DNA of 64,000 bases from an uncultured Acidimicrobiaceae bacterium (GTDB lineage Bacteria > Actinomycetota > Acidimicrobiia > Acidimicrobiales > RAAP-2): the NCBI GenBank assembly GCA_963750075.1, contig CAVVPG010000002.1:453272-517271 (forward strand), in the 5' to 3' direction. How positions within the stretch are numbered: position 1 is the first letter of the stretch; every line of letters begins with the position of its first letter. Below are positions 43,938 through 53,531 of the stretch, piece by piece. Both the position numbers and the translations under genes were made by a program. The notes under the pieces are model-generated. The model saw only the letters and a program-made list of their open reading frames with translations, searched no databases and was not told where the DNA came from.

Positions 43938-44549
43938 TCACTGAGATGTTCGGAGCCCTCCCAGAAGGCGCATGAGTGATTCGCGCGCCAGCCTGTGAGC
44001 TCGGGGGCGCTCGGGAGCATTGGCAATGTAGAGAGCCGCTTCATCGACGGCTGCGAGCAGCATGTGCGCCAGAGGTGTCGTGGGCTGGCGGGCAATGACC
44101 TTCTGCGCGACTGCTGCGTCCAACATTGCCGTGATCACGCCAAGCCCGTACTCGGCTTCAAGATTGCGCCACTGGTCCCATCCGAGCACCGCCGGGCCGT
44201 CGATGAGCAGGATCCGTTGAACGTCGGCGTTGTCAGCCGATGCGTCGAGGAATTGCTGGAGTGCGGCGGTGAGCAGATCGAGCGAGTCGTCTCGTTCGTT
44301 CACGATCGTCGCGGCAGCGAGGTCAGCCTGGACCTGATCGAAGACGGCCCGAAACAGGTCTTCCTTGTCGGCGAAGTGGTGGTAGAGGGCACCACGGGTG
44401 CCGGCGTCGGCCTTGGCGACGATCTCTTCCGTTCCAGTCGCGAAGTAACCCTTGGTGACGAACAGTTCCCGGGCCGCGGCGATCAATGCCGCCTTGGTGA
44501 CTTCACCTCGCGGCGGCTGTTCGGGACTCGGGCGATCGGACCTTGACAT
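43938..44549 (-). CDS. TetR/AcrR family transcriptional regulator
   Basis: TKAALIAAARELFVTKGYFATGTEEIVAKADAGTRGALYHHFADKEDLF HTH. Confidence 0.85.
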   Translation of the reverse strand: MSRSDRPSPEQPPRGEVTKAALIAAARELFVTKGYFATGTEEIVAKADAGTRGALYHHFADKEDLFRAVFDQVQADLAAATIVNERDDSLDLLTAALQQFLDASADNADVQRILLIDGPAVLGWDQWRNLEAEYGLGVITAMLDAAVAQKVIARQPTTPLAHMLLAAVDEAALYIANAPERPRAHRLARESLMRLLGGLRTSQ

Positions 44550-44551
44550 AC

Positions 44552-44586
44552 ACCCTGTAGGTTAGTTACATACAACCTGTAGGTTC
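44552..44586. promoter_or_regulatory. Two copies of CCTGTAGGTT, 22 nt apart, each a near-palindrome; candidate TetR operator
   Basis: acCCTGTAGGTTagttacatacaaCCTGTAGGTTc. The second copy forms AACCT-gt-AGGTT with perfect 5-bp arms. It lies between the divergent tetR (start 44549) and the SnoaL-like gene (start 44607). Confidence 0.45.
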
Positions 44587-44606
44587 TCCAGTGAGAGGAA
44601 AACGGA

Positions 44607-45005
44607 ATGGCGACGGCTGGTGATGTGGTCAAGGACCTTTGTGCGGCGATCGACCGGAAGGATCTCGCCAGGGTCGAATCCCTCCTCCATCCGAAGGTCG
44701 TGTATCACAACATCGGCTCTGAACCTGCCGTAGGCCGGGAAGCGGCGCTCGCCGCGGTGAAGTTCCAGTTCGACATGTTCGATCCGATCTCGTTTCGTAT
44801 TCGCAACCTCGCGGTGGACGGAGACACGGTGCTCACGGAGCGGGTCGACGAGGTCACGGCGAACGGGGTGATGGCCCCAGTGCCGGTCATGGGCACGTTC
44901 GAAGTGAGCGATGGTCGAATCGTTCGGTGGCGTGACTACTTCGACATGGGGCTCATCGGCAGATTGATGGGCAGCGAAAACGTCGCGTCCCAACTCCCCA
45001 GCTGA
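44607..45005 (+). CDS. SnoaL/NTF2-like protein, limonene-1,2-epoxide hydrolase-like
   Basis: 132 aa. VVYHNIGSEP...GDTVLTERVDEV...GRIVRWRDYFDM is typical of the LEH/SnoaL fold. Confidence 0.7.
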   Translation: MATAGDVVKDLCAAIDRKDLARVESLLHPKVVYHNIGSEPAVGREAALAAVKFQFDMFDPISFRIRNLAVDGDTVLTERVDEVTANGVMAPVPVMGTFEVSDGRIVRWRDYFDMGLIGRLMGSENVASQLPS

Positions 45006-45128
45006 TCCACGCCTGGGTTAGATTGACAGAATCTGCCAAAGTCAGATGAGGGTGGTTGCGAGTGCCGCAGAGTCCCAAGCCGGCCATGGCCAGTTCGGTC
45101 CACGGGGGTAACAGAAGTCGGATCACCG

Positions 45129-46340
45129 ATGGCTGGTGACGTCGCAGCCGGACCCGAGTCGTCGGGGGCCGAGGTCATGGCAGCGATGCTCGACCTTTCG
45201 TCGCCTCAGGCGAGTTACAAGGCCGTGATTGACGGCCCCGGTCTCGTTCAGCCAGCCGAGGGTCTCGTGCTGACCTTCGACCACGCGTTGACCGAACATG
45301 TGCTTCGCCACCATGAGCTCTTCTCTTCCCGGGTCGAGATGGGGTTGGGCAACGTACGGCCGCTGATCCCGCTCAACGTCGATCCGCCGCTGCACTCGAA
45401 GTACCGCAGACTGCTCGATCCACTGTTCGCTCCGAAGCGCATGGAGGAACAGGAGGAAGACATCACCCGGCGGGTCATTGCCCTGATCGAGGGATTCATC
45501 GAGGCGGGAGAATGCAACTTCACGGAGGACTTTGCCGAGATCTTCCCGAGCTCCGTGTTCCTCGGATTGATGGGTCTTCCCGAGGAAGAACTCCGTATGT
45601 TCCTGCGCATGCGCGACGGCATCCTGCACCCCGAGAAGATCGACCCAGATGCGCTCGTCGATCCCGAGAGGCGGGCGGCGGTCATGGCCAGGACCGGCCA
45701 GGAGATTTACGAATACTTCGGCGCCCTCGCCGATGAGCGGATCAGAAGACCGGCCGATGACGTGATGTCGAAGTTCGTCGTCTCCGAGGTGGAGGGTGAG
45801 CGCCTGTCTCGGGAAGATGTCGTCGACATCTGCTACCTCATGCTCATTGCGGGACTCGACACCGTGAGCGATTCGCTCACCTGCATGTACGCCTTTCTGG
45901 CCAACCACCCCGAACATCGCCGCCAGATCGCCCAGGACCCCGATTGCGTCGCCGGCGCGGTCGAAGAATTGCTTCGCTGGGAGTCACCGGTTCCATTCGG
46001 CGTCCCGCGTGTCGCAACGGAGGACACCGAACTACCCAATGGCTGCCCGATCAAGCAGGGAACCGCTGTCGTCGTCATGTACGGCGCCGCCAACGTCGAC
46101 GCGAGCCAGTGCCCGATGCCGTTCGATGTGATCTTCGACCGTGACTCCAACCGCCACATCGCATTCGGAGGCGGAGTGCATCGTTGCCTGGGCTCACACC
46201 TCGCCCGGAGAGAGCTGCGGGTCACGTTGACCGAGTGGCACCGACGCATACCTGACTACTGGCTCAAGGCGGGCTACGAGCACCTCGAGTACCCGCCAGG
46301 GCTCCGGCACGTGAAGGATCTCACTCTGGCTTGGCGCTGA
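45129..46340 (+). CDS. Cytochrome P450
   Basis: HIAFGGGVHRCLGSHLAR haem loop, EELLRWESP ExxR and AGLDTVS I-helix. The start may be the internal MAAMLDL. Confidence 0.9.
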   Translation: MAGDVAAGPESSGAEVMAAMLDLSSPQASYKAVIDGPGLVQPAEGLVLTFDHALTEHVLRHHELFSSRVEMGLGNVRPLIPLNVDPPLHSKYRRLLDPLFAPKRMEEQEEDITRRVIALIEGFIEAGECNFTEDFAEIFPSSVFLGLMGLPEEELRMFLRMRDGILHPEKIDPDALVDPERRAAVMARTGQEIYEYFGALADERIRRPADDVMSKFVVSEVEGERLSREDVVDICYLMLIAGLDTVSDSLTCMYAFLANHPEHRRQIAQDPDCVAGAVEELLRWESPVPFGVPRVATEDTELPNGCPIKQGTAVVVMYGAANVDASQCPMPFDVIFDRDSNRHIAFGGGVHRCLGSHLARRELRVTLTEWHRRIPDYWLKAGYEHLEYPPGLRHVKDLTLAWR

Positions 46341-46498
46341 CACTCGCCGGCTCGAACTCGAAGGGAGCGTCAGCTGGGATTTGCGCCGCCTGACCCTTGT
46401 CGAGCTCGTTTCCGGTCGTTCATGGTCACATTCTCTCGTTCGCAGTCGTCATACTACGGAACAGACACGCCGGGTCCCTGTGACCCACGACTTCAGGA

Positions 46499-46858
46499 GT
46501 GACGATGACCGACTCTTCCACCCAGGGAATCAAGACCGTGCTGCATCCCGTGTCCGACTTGGAGAAGGCCAAGGCGGTGTACACCGCTCTGCTCGGAATT
46601 CCGCCGCAGCACGACGCGTCCTACTACGTGGGCTACGACGCCGCAGGCCAGCACATCGGACTGGTGCCGCGTGGTGGACCGCAGGACATGACGTCGCCGG
46701 TGGCCTACTGGCACGTGGCGGACATCGAGGCGAAGCTGGCCGAGGTGACCGCCGCCGGAGCCATCGTGAAGGATCCCGTTCGCGACGTCGGCGGCGGTCG
46801 CCTGGTAGCGACCTTCACCGATCCCGACGGCAACGTCCTTGGGTTGAGTCAGGACTGA
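46499..46858 (+). CDS. VOC/glyoxalase family protein
   Basis: 119 aa. IKTVLHPVSDLEKAKAVYTALLG...VATFTDPDGNVLGL pattern. Confidence 0.7.
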   Translation: MTMTDSSTQGIKTVLHPVSDLEKAKAVYTALLGIPPQHDASYYVGYDAAGQHIGLVPRGGPQDMTSPVAYWHVADIEAKLAEVTAAGAIVKDPVRDVGGGRLVATFTDPDGNVLGLSQD

Positions 46859-46970
46859 GTGCCGCCCCCGGATTCCGCGCTCGGCAAGAGTCGTTCCGCT
46901 GGACGTTGCCGGCCACCGCGATCTGATACGCGGGCACGGGGCGGGCGCGGACGAGCGCAGTGTGCTGCAC

Positions 46971-48404
46971 TCACCCCTGCGGCTTGATCACCGAGGAGGT
47001 CGCGTACTGGGTCGCGTAGCCCTGGGCGTTGAGCGGGGTGCCGATGACCGACCCCGAGTTCGGGACGATGTACTTCGATGAGCAGTCGAAGGACCCGAGC
47101 GTCTTCGGGTACGCCTGCACCCAGCTGGTGTTGTGCAGTCGCATCAAGAGCCCACAAGACGGCGGGAGGTTCTTGGCCGGGTCGGAGGGCGCGTTGAGGC
47201 CCCCACCCGTCCAGGTCGTCACCTTGGAGAGGTGGTTGATCATGCATTGGCGGGTGAGCGTTGAGCCGCACGCCTTGGCCTCGGTGGCCCAGAGGAGGAA
47301 AGAGGAAGTTGATTGTTCGCCGAGCGACGAGGTGAGGCCTCCGTACTTCTTGAGGATCGACAGGTACTTCGCCACCGCCGGCACCACCTTGGACGCCTCG
47401 AGCGGCTCGTAGGACTCACGGACGTAGACGTTGTTGCCCAGGCCGGAGGTGTTCCACTGGGCGAAACCCTCCGTGTACGCGGCCGCATCCATCAACCAGA
47501 TCGGGTTGTAGCCGATCTGGTTCTCCGCCTGGAGGGCGCCGTAGAGCGGTGCCCCTGGGGTCGCGTCGTAGAAGACCACCTGCGCTCCGCAACCCTGGAG
47601 CTTCTGCATGAACGGCGTGTAGTTGGCCTCGCCGTTGTAATTGAACAGGAACGGGCAGTTGAGGAACTTCCAGCCGGCCTCGGTGAAGGCCTGGACCGCC
47701 TTGTTCGTCGACGCTTGCTGGGTTGAGAGGGTGGAGTCGTAGACGCCCACGTGCTGGGTCTTGGAGCCGAAGAGCTTCTCGCCCTCGTACGCCATCGACA
47801 CCGGGCTGTGGTTCGCTGGGTTGGGTGACGCCTGGTACATCTCGTACGCGTTGGCGACGACGGGCGAGACCGTGAAGCCCGGGACGGCGGCCAGGTTGCA
47901 GCCCAGCCGTGTGCCTTCCGCCAGGCCGTCGAGCGCGAAGCCCTCGCCGACAAGCATGAAGTCCTGCTTGCAGGCCTGCGACATCACGCTGCCCACGTTG
48001 GTGACGGCGGCGTCGTAGTAGTCACCGACAACCTTGCGTCCGTTGATGCCGCCCTGGGCGTCGCACCAGGCGATCATGGCCTTGACGGCGTCGCCCATCT
48101 CCTGGTCCAGACCTGGGAGGCCCGAAAAGCCCCGGTCGTCCCCGTAGGCGATGTTGATCGTGGAGTTGGTGACCCCCTGCTCGGTGGCGCCCGAGGCGTG
48201 TCCCGGCCCGCAGGGCGAGGGGAGCGTGCCGAACGTCGCGGACGAGTTCGCGGACGAGGCGCCCGACGCCGTTGGGGCGATCACTACGCCCACTGTGGTC
48301 ATCGCAAGCACCAGCCCCAACCCAAGCGCTCGCATCCCGGTCGTTCTCATCGTGGCCCATCCCCCCGTCCGTGAGACCGACGCAGGCGGATTCCGATGCC
48401 CCAT
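46971..48404 (-). CDS. ABC transporter substrate-binding protein, Leu/Ile/Val-binding (Peripla_BP_6) type; orphan, with no adjacent permease
   Basis: Signal/lipobox-like N-terminus MRALGLGLVLAMTTVGVVIAPTASGASS (likely start near 48350), IAWCDAQGGINGRKV and FMLVGEGFALDG. Confidence 0.8.
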   Translation of the reverse strand: MGHRNPPASVSRTGGWATMRTTGMRALGLGLVLAMTTVGVVIAPTASGASSANSSATFGTLPSPCGPGHASGATEQGVTNSTINIAYGDDRGFSGLPGLDQEMGDAVKAMIAWCDAQGGINGRKVVGDYYDAAVTNVGSVMSQACKQDFMLVGEGFALDGLAEGTRLGCNLAAVPGFTVSPVVANAYEMYQASPNPANHSPVSMAYEGEKLFGSKTQHVGVYDSTLSTQQASTNKAVQAFTEAGWKFLNCPFLFNYNGEANYTPFMQKLQGCGAQVVFYDATPGAPLYGALQAENQIGYNPIWLMDAAAYTEGFAQWNTSGLGNNVYVRESYEPLEASKVVPAVAKYLSILKKYGGLTSSLGEQSTSSFLLWATEAKACGSTLTRQCMINHLSKVTTWTGGGLNAPSDPAKNLPPSCGLLMRLHNTSWVQAYPKTLGSFDCSSKYIVPNSGSVIGTPLNAQGYATQYATSSVIKPQG

Positions 48405-48638
48405 CGGGACCCAGCGTCGGTTGTGACTGCGCGCACACTACCGCTCCGGCACCCGAAATGGCCTTCATGACCCGTCGAGACGTCCAGCGGAGGCGTGTAC
48501 TCCTTCGGCGACGCGCCCGTTGGAGGCGGCATGCTCGGGACTCCCCTCAACGCCCCGATCAATGCCGCCGCCTGCTCCTAGGTTCTAGCATCACCCCGGA
48601 GTGCGGCAGCCTCGGGCGGTCCCGGCACGCGCCCGTTC

Positions 48639-49382
48639 TCAGATCTGCATGCCGCCGTTGACGCCGATGATCTGGCCAGTGATGTAACTGCCGCCCTCGG
48701 AGCAGAGGAACGAACAGGCCGCGGCGATGTCGGCGGGTGTCCCTGCTCGGCCGAGCGGAACCATCGGCCCGATCACGTCGACGCCGGGAAAGTCACCGAC
48801 GGCCTCGGCGGCCCGGGCCATCGGGGTGTCCACGAGGCTGGGCGGGATGGTGTTGACGGTGATGCCGTTGCGCGCCAGGTCGACCGCCAGTGCCTTGGTC
48901 AGCGCGATCACCCCGCCCTTCGAGGCGACGTAGTGGGCCATGTTGGGCGCCCCCGACTGTGCGCTGGACGACGAGATGGTGACGATGCGTCCCCACCCGG
49001 CGGTGAGCATGTCGGGCACTGCGGCCTGCACGCAGCTGAACGTGCCGGTCAGGTTGACTGCGAGGATCCGATCCCATTTCTCGCCGGTGATCTCGAGCAG
49101 AGGGTCGAAGGACTCGATGCCGGCGCTGGTCACCAGGATGGCGACGGGGCCGAGGTCGGCGCGGACCCGGGCGAAGGCGGCCTCGACGGATCTCCGATCG
49201 GCGACGTCGACCTCGACGGCCAGCGCCCGGGAACCCTCGGCCGTGATCTCTGCCGCGGCTGCCTCTGCGCCCGCGCCGTTCCGGTCCAGGACGGCGACGT
49301 CGTAGCCGTCCTGGACAAATCGACGGGCCACCCCGAGGCCGATGCCCGACGCGCCACCGGTGACGACCGCGACGCGGCTCAC
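48639..49382 (-). CDS. Short-chain dehydrogenase/reductase (FabG-like)
   Basis: VTGGASGIGLG, SSSSAQSG...YVASKGG (S, then Y-x3-K) and PSLVDTPM. The GTG start overlaps the P450 stop (GTGA). Confidence 0.85.
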   Translation of the reverse strand: MSRVAVVTGGASGIGLGVARRFVQDGYDVAVLDRNGAGAEAAAAEITAEGSRALAVEVDVADRRSVEAAFARVRADLGPVAILVTSAGIESFDPLLEITGEKWDRILAVNLTGTFSCVQAAVPDMLTAGWGRIVTISSSSAQSGAPNMAHYVASKGGVIALTKALAVDLARNGITVNTIPPSLVDTPMARAAEAVGDFPGVDVIGPMVPLGRAGTPADIAAACSFLCSEGGSYITGQIIGVNGGMQI

Positions 49383-50668
49383 CGTGCGCTGCCCACCCGC
49401 GGCGCGAACTGCAGATGCAAGTCGCTCAGGCCGCGCAGGACCCACGTCGGTACGTAGTTGAAGCGACGGTCCGAAGGGGGGCCGTGGTACTCCTCGTCGA
49501 GGCGGATGTCGCGCATCCGGTCGAGGATGCGGTCGAGGCTGATGCGTCCCTCGGCCCGCGCCAGGGGTCCGCCCGGACAGGTGTGGGCGCCCCGGCCGAA
49601 GGCCATGTGCGCCCTCGCGTTGGGGCGGTCGACGTGGAACGACGCCGGATCATCGAAGCGGCGGGGATCGCGGTTGGCGGCCCCGTTCAGCAACATGACC
49701 GGCGTCCCGGCCGCGATGGCCACGCCGCCGATCGTCGTGGAGCGACGGGCCAGCCGGAAGTCGGCCTTCACGGGGCTCTCGATGCGGAGGGCCTCTTCGA
49801 TGAAGCTGTCGATCAGGTCCTTCCGCGAGCGGAGCTCGTCTTGGAGCTCTGGGTTCTCGGCGAGGTACTTCAATGCGATGGCGAGCAGACGGGCGGTCGT
49901 CTCCTGCCCGGCGGCGAACAGGAAGGTGGCCGTGCGCACCACGGAGGTCACGTCGGGCATGGTGCCGTCCGGGTACGTCGCCAGGGCCAGATCCGTCAGC
50001 ACGTCCTGGCGCGGCTGGCGCCGCCGGTCCTCGATGTAGTGCGCGAACCACCCGTCGAGCCAGGAGATTGCATTGAGGTCTGCGCCCGTGTCTTCGCCGG
50101 CCCCCAGCTCGCCGGGCACGTGGCTCAGGCCGAAGCCCTCTCGGAACCGCTGGTGGTCCTCCTCGGGGACCCCGAGGAGGTCCGCCACGACGAGCATGGC
50201 AAAGGGTTGCGAGTACGCAGCGATGAACTCGCAGTTCCCCTCGGCCACGAACTCGTCCAGCAGTCGATCCGAGAGGCGCATCATGAAGGCCTCGTTCTCC
50301 TTGAGGCGCTTCGAGGTGATCAGTCGCATGAGCAGCGCACGCTCGCGGGTGTGGTCCGGTGGGTCCATGGTGACCATGTGCTCGTTCATCGGCAGTTGGT
50401 CCCGGTGCTGGTCGATGATGGCGCCGACGTCGTCACCCTCGAGAGGGACCGGGAAGGTCGCGAACGGTCCGATGACGGAGTTGCACGATGAGAAGGTCTC
50501 GACGTCGCGGTAGACCTCGCCCACCTCCTCGTACCCCGTCACCGCGACCACGCCGTGATGGGGCAGGGGCAGCACGGGGCACACGGCCCGGAGCTCGTCG
50601 AAATAGGGGTACGGGTCTTCGAGCAGCGATGCGTCGCTGAAGAAGTCGATGCTTTCCCAGTCGCTCAC
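49379..50668 (-). CDS. Cytochrome P450
   Basis: HMAFGRGAHTCPGGPLAR haem loop, EEALRIESP ExxR and AAGQETTA I-helix. Start set at GTG 50668 (VSDWESIDFF), preceded by AAAGGAG; the longer listed ORF adds an implausible Gly/Arg-rich leader. Confidence 0.85.
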   Translation of the reverse strand: MSDWESIDFFSDASLLEDPYPYFDELRAVCPVLPLPHHGVVAVTGYEEVGEVYRDVETFSSCNSVIGPFATFPVPLEGDDVGAIIDQHRDQLPMNEHMVTMDPPDHTRERALLMRLITSKRLKENEAFMMRLSDRLLDEFVAEGNCEFIAAYSQPFAMLVVADLLGVPEEDHQRFREGFGLSHVPGELGAGEDTGADLNAISWLDGWFAHYIEDRRRQPRQDVLTDLALATYPDGTMPDVTSVVRTATFLFAAGQETTARLLAIALKYLAENPELQDELRSRKDLIDSFIEEALRIESPVKADFRLARRSTTIGGVAIAAGTPVMLLNGAANRDPRRFDDPASFHVDRPNARAHMAFGRGAHTCPGGPLARAEGRISLDRILDRMRDIRLDEEYHGPPSDRRFNYVPTWVLRGLSDLHLQFAPRVGSAR

Positions 50669-50707
50669 CCGGTCTCCTTTCTGCCAGCCGGTGCGGAGAC
50701 CAGCTCG

Positions 50708-50750
50708 ATGCTGTGCAGTTGCACAGCATCTTTTGGCAGTTGCATAGCAT
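50708..50750. promoter_or_regulatory. Perfect 10-bp-arm palindrome plus an adjacent half-site repeat; candidate TetR operator for the divergent P450/TetR pair
   Basis: ATGCTGTGCA-gt-TGCACAGCAT at 50708-50729, followed by tggcagttgcatagcat (50734-50750), which repeats the right half with one change. Confidence 0.5.
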
Positions 50751-50779
50751 CCCTGGTCGGGTGTGGCAAGTTGTTCGGG

Positions 50780-51373
50780 ATGGCGATGTCGTCCAAGCCA
50801 CGGCGCATCGGCGCCGCCGAGTCCAAGACCCGGGCTCTGCTCCTCGACGCAGCCGAGCACCTGCTGGTCGAGGAGGGCTACGCGGCCGTCACCTCACGGC
50901 GGGTGGGGGCCAGGGCGGGCCTCAAGGCGCAACTCGTGCACTACTACTTCCGCACGATGGACGACCTCTTCATAGAGGTCTTCCGGAGACGCGCCGACCA
51001 GAACCTGGCCGGCTTCGAGCACGCCGTGGCCGCCGACCCCTCGTTGCGATCCCTCTGGAAGCTCAACACCGATCCTCGTGGCGCTGCCTTCACGATCGAG
51101 TTCGTTGCCCTGGCGAACCACCGCAAGGCCATTCGCGCCGAGATCGCCCGCTACGCCGAACGCTCCCGTGCCGCTCAGCTGGAGGCGCTCGCCACCGCGT
51201 TGGCCACCGACGGCATCGCCCCTGACCGCATACCTCCCATTGTGGCCTTGCTCCTGATGACCGGCCTCTCACAGGTGCTCTCGCTCGAGCGAGCGCTCGG
51301 CGTCACCGCGGGACACGAAGACACGCTCGCTTTTGTGCGGGAGCTGATCGACAAGTTCGAGCCCGAGGAGTAG
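50780..51373 (+). CDS. TetR/AcrR family transcriptional regulator
   Basis: From MAMSSKPRR. TRALLLDAAEHLLVEEGYAAVTSRRVGARAGLKAQLVHYYFRTMDDLF HTH. Confidence 0.85.
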   Translation: MAMSSKPRRIGAAESKTRALLLDAAEHLLVEEGYAAVTSRRVGARAGLKAQLVHYYFRTMDDLFIEVFRRRADQNLAGFEHAVAADPSLRSLWKLNTDPRGAAFTIEFVALANHRKAIRAEIARYAERSRAAQLEALATALATDGIAPDRIPPIVALLLMTGLSQVLSLERALGVTAGHEDTLAFVRELIDKFEPEE

Positions 51374-51384
51374 TTGCGACGAGG

Positions 51385-53388
51385 TCAGGTCGGAGCCTGG
51401 CCGGCGTGTTGTTGCGCCAGGGCGGCTGCTTGCTCCGCCGAACCGTGGTAGGCCCTCTTGGCGTCGTACATTGCGGCATCGGCTTGGCGTACGAGCTCCA
51501 TGGGGTCGATGTCGGAACCGTGATCGGCGAAAGCGACGCCGATGCTGCAGCGCAGAGGGATGTTCATGCCGTCTGTGGACACCGTACGCGCCGCCACCGC
51601 CTGACGAATCCGTTCCACGACAGACCCCACGGCTCTGCGCTCTTCGCCGGAGAGGACGACCAAGAATTCATCACCTCCCAACCGGCCCACCATCCCGTAC
51701 TCTCCGATGGTCTCAGCCACGGCCTCGGCCGTCGCGACGATCGCCTGATCACCGGCGTCGTGACCGTGGGTGTCGTTCAAGAGCTTCAGACCATCGAGGT
51801 CGATGAAGAGCACGGCAACCGCCTCACCCATCCTCCGGCGCTCCGCCACATCATGGGTCAGCACGTCGAGGATGGCCGCGCGGTTGAGCAGTCCGGTCAA
51901 TCGGTCGTGTGTGGCCAGCTCCAGCAGGGCGTGGTGTTGGCGCTGGCGTTCGCCGATTCTCGCCGTCAACTGGTCGACGGTTGCCTGGAGTGCTCGTCCC
52001 GTGCGCCCTGGTAGAGGCACCTGGATCTCGGGATGGGTCAGATCCTCGGCGGCCAACGCGACCGCTTTCGCCTCGAGTGCCTTCAAGGTCGACGCCATGT
52101 CATTGAAGGCTTCGTTCGTCATGACCACTTCGCGCGGTCCGCCATCAGACAGGGGAGTCAGATCGAATTCGCCGGTGCTCACCTTTTGTGCCGCTTCGGC
52201 GAGCCTCTCCAGCGGCCTACCGAGCCAGCGACCGCCGATGATCACCCCGCCAAGGCTGATCCCGGCGAGAAGACCAAGCAGGACGAGCTCCTGCACGAGG
52301 CTGCGGGTTGCAGCAGAGGCGTGTGCGCTCGCCGCGTCGTGCACGTCGGCGGAGTCGGCGCTGACAAGAGCATCGAGTCCTCCGAGGAATGTCAACCCGG
52401 CAGTCATGGCAGGACCCGCCAATGCCGGATCGGCGGCCCACGGAGCCGTCTGGTTCCGGAGGGCGACCGTGACCGCTTCCTGAAGGGTCGCCTGGTACTT
52501 TTGAACAGCGCTGCTGTTGTGCAAGGACGTCCAGGCCGCCTGTCCCTTCGGCCCGAGATACCCGACGAACTGCTCGGTCGCGATGGTGTAGGCGTTGTCG
52601 CTTTCGACGAGCTCTTCCTTGGCGGCCAGACCTCCCTGGCCGGTCATCACGTTGATCTCGCCCTGAACGGCGTCACCGCCCTGGACGAAGGCCTCGTAGG
52701 TCTGTCTGAGCGCTGCGATCTCCTGTTCGAAGCCGCCGGGCGGTTGCCAGCTCGCCACTCCCGCCTGCAGCGTCCTGTAGTCGGCGTCCCAGAGGTTCAC
52801 AAGGTCCGCCAGGAAGTCGTCGCTCTGGGTCACGAATCGTGCATACGAAACGGCACCTATGGGCACTCGTGGGAACTCAATCAGCAGCGCCGCACTGTCT
52901 GCCCGAAGGGTCGATGTCGACCGGAAGGTTGGATCACGTTCGATCGTGCTCTTTGCCTGCCCCACGGCATGCGACAGGTCGATGTTGAGCAGCCTGCTGA
53001 CTGTCGTCGGATCGATGCCGAGCCCGCGAGCGTAGGAAACAGCTGTCAGCGGCGTGACCGCGTCAACCAACTCGACCCGAGCGTGAGCGACCATCTGCAG
53101 TTGCGTGGCCTCCGTCGCTACCTCGCGTGCGCCCTGGCGGGAGGACCACTGCGACGACGCGTCCAACACGATGAGCATCGCCAGTGCAACCGACGGTAAG
53201 AGGACGATCGATGCAAGGACGAGGCGCACGCCGGGATGCCACCGGCGGCGGTGAGGTCGAGCCGGTTGAGGGGCCGTCGCGCCGAGCGGACCATCGTGCG
53301 TTCGATCCGCACCAGGTGACCTCAACGTCATGCCCCCCGCCTCGTCAGGACCGAGCTCTGCTGGGCGTACTCGAAGCTCACATTCCAC
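51385..53388 (-). CDS. Membrane-anchored sensor diguanylate cyclase (extracytoplasmic sensor, HAMP, GGDEF)
   Basis: TM segment RLVLASIVLLPSVALAMLIVL, a second TM before a HAMP-like RWLGRPLERLAEAAQKVSTGEF, and the GGDEF domain (DRLTGLLNR, FIDLDGLKLLNDTHGHDAGD, RLGGDEFLVVL). The start may be MTLRSPG at 53331. Confidence 0.85.
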   Translation of the reverse strand: MECELRVRPAELGPDEAGGMTLRSPGADRTHDGPLGATAPQPARPHRRRWHPGVRLVLASIVLLPSVALAMLIVLDASSQWSSRQGAREVATEATQLQMVAHARVELVDAVTPLTAVSYARGLGIDPTTVSRLLNIDLSHAVGQAKSTIERDPTFRSTSTLRADSAALLIEFPRVPIGAVSYARFVTQSDDFLADLVNLWDADYRTLQAGVASWQPPGGFEQEIAALRQTYEAFVQGGDAVQGEINVMTGQGGLAAKEELVESDNAYTIATEQFVGYLGPKGQAAWTSLHNSSAVQKYQATLQEAVTVALRNQTAPWAADPALAGPAMTAGLTFLGGLDALVSADSADVHDAASAHASAATRSLVQELVLLGLLAGISLGGVIIGGRWLGRPLERLAEAAQKVSTGEFDLTPLSDGGPREVVMTNEAFNDMASTLKALEAKAVALAAEDLTHPEIQVPLPGRTGRALQATVDQLTARIGERQRQHHALLELATHDRLTGLLNRAAILDVLTHDVAERRRMGEAVAVLFIDLDGLKLLNDTHGHDAGDQAIVATAEAVAETIGEYGMVGRLGGDEFLVVLSGEERRAVGSVVERIRQAVAARTVSTDGMNIPLRCSIGVAFADHGSDIDPMELVRQADAAMYDAKRAYHGSAEQAAALAQQHAGQAPT

Positions 53389-53531
53389 AGCCCCTACTCA
53401 TGATGGGTCGGTCGGAGCGGCATCACAAGGGACCTTGGTCACACCACGGCCCAACCAACTGACGAGCCACTCTCTGGCAACCGGGCTACCCCCGCACGAG
53501 GGGCGTTGGCCAAGGTCATGGTCCGATCGAG

